Source: Takakia lepidozioides | Taxonomy: Eukaryota; Plantae; Bryophyta | Assembly: GCA_030704615.1 (NCBI GenBank) | Contig: CM060731.1 | Span: 77,686,001-77,750,000, forward strand | Length of the DNA stretch: 64,000 nt | Reading direction: 5' to 3' | In this document: positions 36,801-47,864 of the stretch, piece after piece | Layout: each line of letters starts with the position of its first letter | Position numbering within the stretch: the first letter of the stretch is position 1 | The notes under the pieces: model-generated | Databases searched by the model: none | Told to the model about the DNA's origin: nothing | Seen by the model: the letters and a program-made list of their open reading frames with translations, nothing else | Program-made: the position numbers and the translations under genes

Positions 36801-37844
36801 AAAAATTGGCATAGCTCCACAGCCCAGTTGACCATGCACAAGAACAATGAGCTCAACCGCTTCACCTCATTTGGAACTAGCATAGAGATAGGTAGACAGA
36901 CAGGATGTCAAGCACCACTGGTACACAGGGGGATGGAGTACCTTGCCTGTGAAGATGACAACACCCACTTCTGGGTCGTCCCGGGCATATTCAAAAGCCT
37001 GCTTCAGCTCCATCACCGTCTGAGGTCTGAATGCATTTCGTCTCTCAGGCCTGTTAATTGTTATCTGCCAACAAGGGAAATGGACAGTCTTCAGAAACAT
37101 GGTTGCATCAGGCTACACTCAATCAAAACTCCCAAAGGCAATCTCAGGGCAACTCATCTTGTGAGTCTTTGTAGTTCACTCATGCAATGCAGTATGTGAA
37201 ACTCGATCAGTTGACTACAATCAGTGCATTGGCTATACATAACAAGCAATTTCCCTGTAAGCCCCGAGTTGAGATGCCAAGCTACGGAGTGGCGCCCTCT
37301 CTACTAAAATTCTAGCGTGGAACTAAAACTTGATAGAGGAGTGCATGAAGAACCTGAAATATGATAATAACCAGTGAAGAATGTCAAAGAAGCTGATTCA
37401 AACGTGTAACAGAAAGAAAAAAGGAAGCACTTATCCACGGAAAGCTCAAATAGCTTACTGAAAAAAGAAAAGCAGTAGATAAGACAATAGGACCCTCAAC
37501 AAGCAGCCCGAAAACTGCAAAATGTGCAAAAGATAGTGCCAACTGGGGGGCGAGGGGAGGACCGAAGGCACGCTTACCTTGGCGATGCCTTCCCCAACAG
37601 ACTTCTCGTACAAAATGTCCTCGAATTCTGGAGACAACACCTGCCTCCACACGGGAAGCTCCCGGGAGACCTGCCCATGCACTCGTTCGTACTTGCTGCT
37701 CCTGCCATGAGCTTCGGAGCTACCACTTCCTGTTGAGCATGGGGAGCCGGCGACGAATGCTTCCTGTGCCCTGTGCTTGCAAGGTGCGAGGTGGGCGGTG
37801 AGAACCGCCACCCTCTGCAGCGCTGCTGTTCGCCGAGCCTCCAT
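33838..37844 (-). CDS. MenB: 1,4-dihydroxy-2-naphthoyl-CoA synthase (peroxisomal, phylloquinone pathway); 9 exons: 37844-37578, 37064-36942, 36649-36548, 36200-36162, 35705-35607, 35426-35379, 34984-34889, 34460-34338, 33954-33838
   Basis: [67 protein letters not shown]-terminal [12 protein letters not shown]-terminal PTS2 RVAVLTAHL. Confidence 0.96.
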
Positions 37845-38360
37845 AGCCACCCCCCTTCGTCTCTCTCTCTCTCTCTCTCTCTCTCTTCCCACCTCGCCCA
37901 CATTTGTATGAAGGAGGCCTGGATGAATAAAAGAGAACATCCAAAAGCTTTTTCTCATTCTAGGGTTGGAATTCCTAACTGTTTTCGGTGGACATCTAAC
38001 TCCCATTTGTGGATTTTTTGTTTGATGCAATCTGCAGGGATCCTCACACTGATGGGTTATTGTGAAGTCTTCTTCTACGGATTTTGAAATCTGTTTTATG
38101 TCTAGTCACATTTTTGGTGTCTTTGAAATCTTGGAACTGATGAGGAGAGATCTGCAGAAGAAGAAGGAGCGCTGTGAATGAGGCCAGCAATTTGATCTGA
38201 CATTCCCAGTCAAGAGCTCTACTTGCACGAGCAGTATGCTTTGATTGCTCTTCTCAGTGGACATCACACTCCACACTTTCCTTTCAAATTCACACGGCAT
38301 AAAAGCTGAGGCATCTGCCCATCGTCTCATCTCAGTTTCTGTCCAAGCTCAGTTTTCGCC

Positions 38361-40456
38361 ATGGCTGCCACCTCTGCAATACACAAGGTATCCTTCTCAC
38401 TTGGTTCTGAGAAGAGAGAGCAGAGGAACTGACAGGGAGGACACAGGCAAAGAGGAATGCGGATTTGGTTCTGTCACTGTGCTATATCCAGAAGTTGTTA
38501 TCCATTATTGATAAGAATACTCTTATATGCAACCTTCGGTACTTCAACCCTGCATTCTTCTAACGTATGCTGCACCCTACATTCTTAGTGCTTCAACCTG
38601 TTATCGGCATTTTCATACAGAAGGCACGATTGAAGAACTTGGGTCATCATGCTTGGACATAATGCTTCGGCTTCCAGATATGATAAAGAGTTTGTTGAAA
38701 TCTTAACCTTCCATACTGCGGCCAGGTTGTGGAAGAGAGCTTGGTGAATGTTGCGAAGGCTGTTGAAGAACAAATAGATGATGAGTTAGCTAAGCTGGAC
38801 AAGCTGGACGATGATGATTTCGAGAGGTTGCGAGAGCAGCGACTCCAGCAGATGAAGAAGCAAGCCTCACAGCGCCAGCAATGGTTGAGTATAGGTCATG
38901 GCGATTATCAGGAGATATTCTCTGAGAAGGACTTCTTTGCTAGGGTAAAGGGAAGCGACCGTGTCGTCTGCCATTTTTATCGCGATAATTGGCCTTGCAA
39001 GGTGCAATATCTTCTCCTCATCTTGAACGAGAGGCTTGCGTGGATTTTGTCTTACAGCTTCTTTCTTTCTCTCCCAAATAGAGGATTGCCGTCCTGATAG
39101 CTGTCCAGCTATCAGGACGTAAACATTATACTTTCAGTCTGATGTCAATGTCAGGTCTTGCCGTCACCTCTCAATTGCCTTGCCTGCTACTGGAAAAGTA
39201 GATCAGACTTATCTCTGGCCTGCCCCTGTTATGTAATGGTTAAGGCTAGTCATGAAGCACCCAGTTGGAAGGTTTGAATAGTTCATAATGTAGTTAGCAC
39301 TGACACCAGTAGTTATAGAAAATTTCTATGGATGTAAAAATACTATCTATGTCTTGGTGCCCACAACACTTGGCTCTCCTTCCTTTCCAGATAGTGTCTT
39401 ATCTTAGAATCGGCATTTCTGTGCTTGTTGCAATATAACACCGGGTTGACCAAGCTGTCATCTCTACCACAGGTGGTTGATAAACACTTGAACATACTGG
39501 CAAAGCAGCATCTGGAAACGAAATTTGTGAAGATCAATGCAGAAAAGAGTCCCTTTCTGACAGAAAAGCTGAAGATAGTCATGCTGCCAACACTGGCACT
39601 GGTGAAGAAAGGCAAAGTGGAAGATTATGTGGTATGTATTCAACTACAGGGTCTTTGTTAGTGGGTTGGGTAGACTAGGGTCAGAACTGTCACATACAAG
39701 GAAGTTGGGAAGAGGCAGATGAAAGGCAAGAAGAAAGGCTACCCCTGTCACTGTTGAGGGTCGCTCCGACTAGACTTCAGTGGATTCCAGTAGTTCTGGC
39801 CTTCCAACCACATGCTAAGTTTGTACAGAGCAGAAAATAGCTCCTCAGTACGACATCAATTTGATTCAAGTATAGAGCTCAATATTCTGCGCCCAATATT
39901 CTCAATACTGAGGTACAGTGGCAGATATTCAAAGAGGGCTCTCATTGTCTTGCTTAGAAGAGTAACCATCATAATCCATCAGAAAATGACTATCATGCCC
40001 ATTGGACATCTTTTCCAGTTGGGCCTCAGAGAGAGCACGGAGAGCGAGAGTGAGCTTTGGATGCTAGACTCCTGTTTGATACTGATGGGGTCATTTTTAC
40101 AGCAATCACATGAGCTGCACTGAGGCCTTTAGGCTTTGGGTACAAGTCTAGTTCATACATCACAGTTTGGAGAAAACAAATGACTTGTACATTATGTTCT
40201 CCAAGCCGAATGACGAACCTATAAACGAAACGGGTCTGATTCTAAACTTTCCTGATTTCCTTCTGTATAATAGGTGGGCTTTGATGGCCTTGGTGGCACT
40301 GACGACTTCAGCACAGAGGATCTTGAGGAGAGATTGGCAGCATCTGGGGTCATTGAAGGTGAAGGCAAGGTAGCCCGACTCCCAGCATCAGCTTCCCTAT
40401 CCAAACGCAGTGTGCGACAAGGCAGCAGCGGGCACAATGATTCAGATGAAGATTGA
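38361..40456 (+). CDS. TXNDC9: Thioredoxin-domain-containing protein 9 / phosducin-like; exons 38361-38387, 38726-39001, 39473-39631, 40274-40456
   Basis: LREQRLQQMKK, GHGDYQEI, VVCHFYRDNWPCKVVDKHL, AEKSPFL, LPTLAL, GFDGLGGTDDFST. Acidic C-terminus DSDED. Confidence 0.92.
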
Positions 40457-40844
40457 CTCCATAAAGAGATCACAGAAGTTGCTGATGCAAATGATGCAAA
40501 CTTCTTATTACAGTCTTCAAACTAAGTCTCCCGGTAAAATAGCTGCAACAAGAACAAAAACCAAACAGATGGTGGACCTTGTCCTGGTAGGAGACTGCAT
40601 ACCAGATCGATTTTTGCATCTTCTCTATTGAAATTCCAGAGATGACTGCTCTTTGCTGAGATAATGAAAACTCAGGGGCTGATTGTAGCCTCTATCAGTG
40701 GTTTGGAAGAAGTGTTTCTTGAGACTTTCAACGCAGCTTGCCCACAGCTCTTCTTCCCTGTTCTGCTTTGTCTTCCCAAGCTTTCTTTCCTTCCATGCCC
40801 CTCCCTCTAACTGATGAGTGCTCCGGGAAAGGAGAAGACTCCTT

Positions 40845-41023
40845 GACGAATGAGAACTAGTATTCATCCAAAATGCCCACTTTCGTCTACGTATAATCTG
40901 CGACGAATGAGAACTAGTATTCATTCACAATGCCCACTTTCGTCTACGTATAGTCTGCGGTGAATGAGAACTAGTATTCATCCACAATGCCCACTTTCGT
41001 CTACGTATAGTCTGCGACGAATG
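40845..41023. repeat. 57-bp tandem repeat, 3 copies
   Basis: GACGAATGAGAACTAGTATTCAT...CCCACTTTCGTCTACGTAT starts at 40845, 40902 and 40959, with a partial copy at 41016. Confidence 0.95.
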
Positions 41024-41139
41024 GCTGATGAATTCGTTCATCCGTGATCATCCATATATTATCCGAAGAAAATGAATGAGACAAAAGGTCGTTGAAAAGC
41101 ACAACGAAAAGAGAAAAGGAAAGGCGAATGGGTACAGAG

Positions 41140-41242
41140 CACGTGGCAAAACGGTGTCATGTATAGCCAGGCGAGGTCGCCACGTGCAGGGTCGGTTTCG
41201 CCAGTGGCGATTGCCAAAATGAGGGTTTTGGCTTTAGGGTTT
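41140..41242 (+). promoter_or_regulatory. Two G-box/ABRE motifs in opposite orientation plus a telo-box upstream of the BED exon
   Basis: CACGTGGC at 41140-41147, GCCACGTG at 41179-41186, TTAGGGTTT at ~41234-41242. Motif match only. Confidence 0.45.
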
Positions 41243-41666
41243 GCTGTGCTTCTTGAGTGACTTCTTGCAACCCCAGGCAGGTCTGTGGAGCTGGTCTGCC
41301 TGCCTGCCAAATTTGGGACTTGCTTTGCTGTTTTTGCAATTGCGTGTGAGCATTCGAGCATTCTGTGTTCTCGGGCGTGGGCTGGGGCAGTGGTGTTTCT
41401 CAAATTTGGAGCTCTCCGCGTGTCTTGGGGCATTCTGGGTGTCTATGGAGAGTAGGAACAGTGTTGCCAAATTTTGAAGCTTTTCTTGTTTTGGCGTTTT
41501 GCTTGTGAGATCTCGTCTGCAGACATTGCTCCTGCGAGAGAAATTTAGAGAGTATCCTGCGGTTGTTGCAATTGCGTTTGCTGAGCTTGTTGTCACGGCC
41601 GCTCTCCCTACGGACGCATTTTGGGTGTACTCACCAGCCGTTACGCTGGATCTCTCACTCTTTGGG

Positions 41667-42114
41667 ATGGACTCCAACATGTCCCCGGATGACGGGAACC
41701 ATGGAAGTGACTCGGAGATGCCAGCGGAATCCGTCAAGATGGAGGGCGATAAAGACGACGACGTGATTTCCCAGAGACTCGGGGGCATGGTGGCCAGCAC
41801 AGATGGCAAGAAGAAGAAGGGCAAGCGAGGAGGCAGACCTAAAGCTGATGTGTGGGAGCTGTTCAGCACCTACGGCGAGCGCAACGAGCGCACCCGCAGA
41901 TTCTTGGTAACCTGCAATGCTTGCGCTGCCATCATCGACGGCAGAGTGGACGGCATGGAGCGCCATGTTGGCTACGACTGCCAGAGACTGAACGAAGATG
42001 AGAAATCCAAATGGCAAGAGAAAGTGGTAGAGAAAGTGAGGAATGTGAAGGTGGAGGGCGGAGGTCTGCCCAGCACCAAAGGCCCTCCCAAGCGCGTGAA
42101 GAAGATGAAGAGGG
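41667..42114 (+). CDS. BED zinc-finger exon with basic NLS-like clusters (probable first exon of the aminoacylase gene)
   Basis: GGRPKADVWELF...VTCNAC...MERHVGYDC (W-x2-F, CxxC, H-x4-C). KKKKGKR and KRVKKMKR clusters. Phase-1 donor G|GTGAGG at 42114/42115. Confidence 0.75.
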
Positions 42115-44106
42115 GTGAGGCCTTCTTCCCACAACACAGCAGTTTGTTGGCAGCGGCTATGGCTTTTCAAGCTTTCGCCAGCTTTTGCCCCGCACCTTGT
42201 TTTCGCCAGCTGCCTGGTTTCGCCACCATGATCCGACCTCGCCATGGCGATGGCAGCCAACCTTTGTGCCAGAGGCTGTCTGTTTGTCTGTCTGTCTCTC
42301 TGTCTGCCTTTCTTCCTCCGCACTGGTTTTCTTTGTGATATTTTGGGGAGGTGGGTTAGAGGACAGAAGTTGTTATCTGTCAAACCCACCTTCGTTTTCT
42401 ATCTCAATGTCTGACAGATTCTTGCCTGCTCGTACTGCACGAAAAAAAGGGGCTTGTGATGGGGCCTGCTTCACTATAATGGTGGGTTGTTCAGTATGTA
42501 GAGTGGTGGGATATGAGATTGGGTTTTACTCTTGTTTTCTGCTCCTCCATCTCGGTGGCGGTGATGGCGTCTTCCACACGTCGCTTTCGGCCCCGCCAGC
42601 TCTGTCTCCTCCCGTCACTCTCAGGCCGCACTAGTCTGTTTTATAGCCGTCTGCTTCCTCGAACATTATTGCGGCCTTTTGTGTGCTTGTGAAACACGAT
42701 TGGTTGTGTGGATCTGAGGAACTTTGGCAGCATTTCTGTCCCGTATTTGAACCTCCATACTTCGGAGGTTGTCTCCGATCAGTGACAGTCGGCATTGTCT
42801 ACACTTTGGGTGTTCTGGTAGCTCTGTCTGTCTTGTAATGCCAAGAGAGATTGCTAGCTGCCGTGAACACCCATCTATGTCTAAGTTGCAACCGAGAAAC
42901 GGGCTACGAGATCACGGATTCGTTGGCCATAGCACAATGCCATATGGTATAGACCAAAGGATGTTCTTCAGTGAGTACGAGCTGATTTCATCATCAAATG
43001 GGAAGAGACTCAGTAAGAACGACTAGCACACCACCCTACTCGTACCCAACTCTTACATTGTTCTGCCGTTGTGGACAAACAATTGATCGCTTTGAGTGTA
43101 GTGATGATTACTATCTGGATAGTTTCTGGCATGGAGGTATGGAGATCCATTGCATCTTAAGCTGTTCAATGTGGCAATCAGATGCAAGGTGTCGAGTTGT
43201 TTCACTCGGGATGGGCCAAAGGGTTCTGCTGAGTGATGGTCTCTAGATGTTGCTGTTCAAGGATCTGTAACTCTAGTTATTTCTCCTTAAGCAGCTCTGC
43301 AGCTTTCACACTCTCGCATAGTAAATGGAATGTGGCGCAGTGATGGAAGCCACTGTAATCACTTGTTGGCAGTAGAAATTTCGGATCATTCTCAATAGGA
43401 AAGTGACCTAACAGGCATTAGCAAGCTCGATGGATTAGCACACTGGGACTAAAATCTGTAACCAGAAATGTTAGACTAGCAAGCTTACATTGGTGATGTT
43501 GGGTGTCACACTATGCCAATGGCGGATAGATAATAGGTCATGTGGAGTGGCAACATGTGCACCATGTACTGTGGCTATGAGCTGTTGAGTTCAGTGTCAG
43601 ATCCAAGAAGTAGAAGACAAGTTTGCGCCGATTGTTTAAATTTTGTTTCTGCATCATCCAGGCTGGCTCCATGTGGTTGGCGAAGCAGACTGTAGCCACA
43701 ATTTTGAGATAGGTTGTAACTATCTGTTTTGATCTGTTATCCACAACCGAGATTCTTATTTTCTTATTCTTTTTTTTAACAAAAAGCTTTTTGAAAAGCC
43801 CTCGGCTGTTCTCCAGGCGCCATTGCAGGGTGATTCTCTGCAACCTGTTTACCCAAGAGCTGATCTGTCCTTATTTGTCTCACATTCAGAGTACATCTCC
43901 ACCAACCAGTGGATCCTTTCTTCTTGTAGATTGCTTGCTCGTTGCCATGGACCTGGTTTTCTGATTAAATGCCTGTGTTGCAATGGTTATCATTTTTGCA
44001 TCACATGTTGGCACTACTGTTGATTGTAGAAGATATGAGCGCGTCCTCAGACTGATATTAACTCATTCTCCTTGTCTGCTACTGCTGTTTCTTTGTATGT
44101 TCACAG

Positions 44107-47100
44107 GGGTTACAAGTGATGAAGATGCTGTTGAGCGCTTCCGTGAATATTTGCGTATTCCTACAGTGCACCCTGACCCAGATTATAGTCCAGCTGTGCG
44201 ATTCCTACTCACACAAGCCTATTCAATTGGCCTTGATGCTCAGACAATTGAGTTTGTGAAGAAGAAGCCTGTTGTGCTGATTTCATGGAAGGGGGAACAT
44301 CCCTTCCTGCAGTCGGTACTACTCAACTCCCACATGGACGTTGTACCGGTGGAGAAAGACAAGTGGAAATATGACCCATTTGTTGCATACATGGACGACA
44401 ATGGCGACATTTTTTCAAGAGGCGCCCAGGTATCTATCCTTGTTAAGAGATGTAGATAATGCTGTTATGCGCAATTTCTCAATTCAGGGGGTGCCATTTA
44501 TTTCACAATGTACGGCTGACAGGTACAGTGTCAGACTGTCTGTCAAGACCTACTTGACACAATCTTTCCTAACTGGGAATCAACTCAAGTGTGTAATGAC
44601 CGCTCTCTTGGACCCCCTTTGTAAGATGAAATTGTCTGTAGCTTGTTTTGAACCCAAGTGTGGAAGTAGGTGGCATTGTAGAAGAGTGTCGAGCAAATTG
44701 GCACTGCCTCAACCAGTAAGACTTAAAATACTAGAAATGCCAAACGCATAATCAGAGTGTGTTGCTTTGCTATTGCACAGGTCTTGAGTTGACCTTTGAC
44801 AGCGAGAGAGCACTGGGGACCCGTATTAAAAGCTTCTGCCCGGAATTACTGAGTTGCATCATAGTGGATTCATCTGGACTTTCATGCACCTTACTTATCA
44901 AAACCCTGGCAAGGAAATTTGTGCAGCTGTTGATTGCAAACTAAACCTGTTTAGAGGAGCACATGACCGTACTCAGTATGTAGTAATTGCTCTGTCATGT
45001 AGGTGTATGCCATGCTTTTTGGTCATTGCAGAAAGCTTAAGGGGAACAGAAATTTTGTTGGTGTTTTTTCTTGTCAAGAAGGTGTCGTCATTGAGCACGA
45101 AAGTAATTCATCGTCAAAGGCATTTGTCCTCAGGCCCTTGCCTTAATCCTCTTAGTAGGGGAGGGAAGTTAAGATGGAGGTCCTTTTCTATCTCCTACCA
45201 GTGATTGAGAGTGACATATTGACTTGTTCCATTCCTACATGGGCAAGCAGGACATGAAGTCTGTGGGCATGCAATACCTAGAGGCAATTCGGAACCTGCG
45301 AGAGCAAGGATTCTCACCACTCCGAAGTGTACATGTCACATTTGTTCCCGACGAAGAGATTGGTGGGGGTGACGGATTTGCAAGATTCATTACTTCACCT
45401 GAATTCCAGGGTTTGAATGTTGGGGTTGCACTAGACAAGGGAGAGCCATGTCAGGAAGGGCACTACCGTGTCTTCAATGGAGAGAGGGCACCCTGGTGGC
45501 TAGTGATCAAAGCAGTAGGGGTGCCTGGCCATGGCTCTAAGCTGTTTGACAATAGTGCAGTGGAGAATCTTGAGAAGAGTATTGAAACAATATCACGGTT
45601 TCGGACAGCACAGTTTGATTTGATCAAGGCTGGAATGAAGGCGGAAGGAGAGATTGTGTCTGTCAATCCAGTATTTCTTAAAGCTGGCTTGCCAACTCCT
45701 ACTGTAGGTTCTGTTTCTTCAATGTAGCAATGTGATCCAGAGGTTATGGTGGTTCCAATTGGAAGCTATATGGAAGAAATTTGAACTGTCATGTTTGCCT
45801 CTCTTGGTCTTAAATGAATTTGCACCCACTGCAGAAATTCATCAACCTCTCAATTGCATGTCAGTCAATCTATGAGCTTATCTATGGTCTGCATTTGTCA
45901 GTAAGATTCCCAAGTCACATTTGTATGATGAGGGAGGCTTTGCTTGAAGAAAGGGTGACAAGTGAATGCAGTAACAAATGATATCTTCATCAACATAGTC
46001 AACCTTTGTGATAGTTCTGTAGACCTACATGTCATAAGCAGCTGATATTGATTTACTCACTGTTTACTCACATGGTGTTGCAATGGTGATTCAGGGCTTT
46101 GTAATGAACATGCAACCTTCAGAGGCTGAAGCTGGCTTTGATATTCGGGTACCCCCTTTTGCTGACCCACTTTCCCTTGAGAGACGAATTGCTGAGGAAT
46201 GGGCACCTGCTTCTCGCAACCTGTCTTACAAGGTTAGTGACATTGCCCTTGACGCTTGAAAGCGCTCTGTGAACATCCTAATGCTTGTTCAATCTTTGTT
46301 GTTCATTGTCTTGTCCTGGTTTTTTGGAGATCTTCAATTGGGATAAGCTAACAATCCATTAGATCCCAGGAGTATTTGTGGCTGGCACCTTGAGAGCGAC
46401 GGATTACACGGTGCTTCCTTTCTGCAGTCCCTCTACTTCCATGTCATTGATAAGTCTCGAGTGTTTGCATGTGACAGGTTTTAGTACTGAAAAATAGGCA
46501 AAGTGGGAAGGGGTAATTTTGTGTTTGGGAAGCATGAATGTTCTGAGTCTTCTTCCTCTTGGGATTGTGAGCGGGGCAGTATGAGCAAAAAGTGTATGGA
46601 CAAACAGCAGTTACACTGGTGGATTCATCCAACCCTTGGTGGGGCCTGTTTGAAGAGGCAGTGGCTAAGGCAGATGGCAAGCTTGGCCCACCAGAAATAT
46701 TTCCAGCAGCTACGGATGCACGCTTTATCCGAGCGTCAGGATTACCAGCATTCGGGTTTTCACCCATGGCAACCACACCCATCTTATTGCACGACCATAA
46801 CGAGGTGGGTCACTGTCTGATTGTGTTTTGTACATGCACAATTGACATGAGGGTGTTGTTGATGACAATATAACTGAACAGAGGAGTTTTCGCTGTGCTC
46901 TATTTACTGCATAGAGAGATTTTTGTTAGGTTTTTTTGAAATGTAGTGGTACTAGTGATAGTCAATCTGAAGTTCTCATGAATTTTTTCTTTTGAACCTC
47001 AAACAGATGACTTGGTCGCTAGGTTATGATGGTCACAGAGAGCGTTGTGAGGGGTTCAAATTATCTTGGGGCCTGAATCTGAGGCTACATTTCAGTGGGG

Positions 47101-47864
47101 ACATCCAGAGACTGGACAACTCCTCCAGTCTTTGCAAGTCGTCTTCACAAAGTGCAGCAAGCAATGCATCTAGGAGGCCCTCAGTTATGATAGATTCAAT
47201 CAGCTGCATCTCTCTTGACTCTTGGAGTGGTGCAATTCGGGCTACCTTTTAACATCCTGGCAGATTTTTCTGTTTTTCTCCGGAAAATTGGCAAAAACCT
47301 CAGTATGAAGATGTGGATAAATCGCATGCCCATGAATGTTGCGCATATGTGATCTACTCCTACTGTTGGAAGCCGATGAAATTGGTGGGGAGTGGTGGCA
47401 GCTTGTCACTGTTAGACATGATGAAGTTGATGGTTTCAGTCTTCATGATTAACAACACAATGTTAAGACTGCACTCTCCATGTAGCATTAGTTGAGGTAT
47501 CAACTTTGACTGGTGCAATTTGGTTAAACTTTAATGTCTGTATGGAGTTGTTACTCTTCACTTCCATAGAGATCTTCTCAACTCTTGTAGCGCTGAAGAT
47601 GAATGTGACTCAGGTTGAATACAGTCATGTGTCTTAGGTTGATTGTTGTAAGGTCCAGGAAGGCCAGGCTAACGTTGTAAGACTGGATGTCTGAAGTTGT
47701 TGCATGCCATTAGATGTGGGATCTGGGAGCACTTAATTAACATTAGACATTGTATTTGTCAGTTTATCAATGCGCAGGAGTTTCTTAAGGGCATCACAGT
47801 GTATGAGCACATCATCAAAGCCTTCTCAAGCTTTCCAGGTATTGAGGGTACGCTCTCCAATTGA
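44107..47864 (+). CDS. ACY1: Aminoacylase-1 (peptidase M20A); exons 44107-44429, 45251-45703, 46095-46232, 46580-46804, 47763-47864
   Basis: RFREYLRIPTVHP, LLNSHMDVVP, RGAQDMK, FVPDEEIGG, GHGSKL, IFPAATDARF, LLHDHNEF. Splice phases are consistent. The usual LDEG reads LDKG. Confidence 0.93.
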
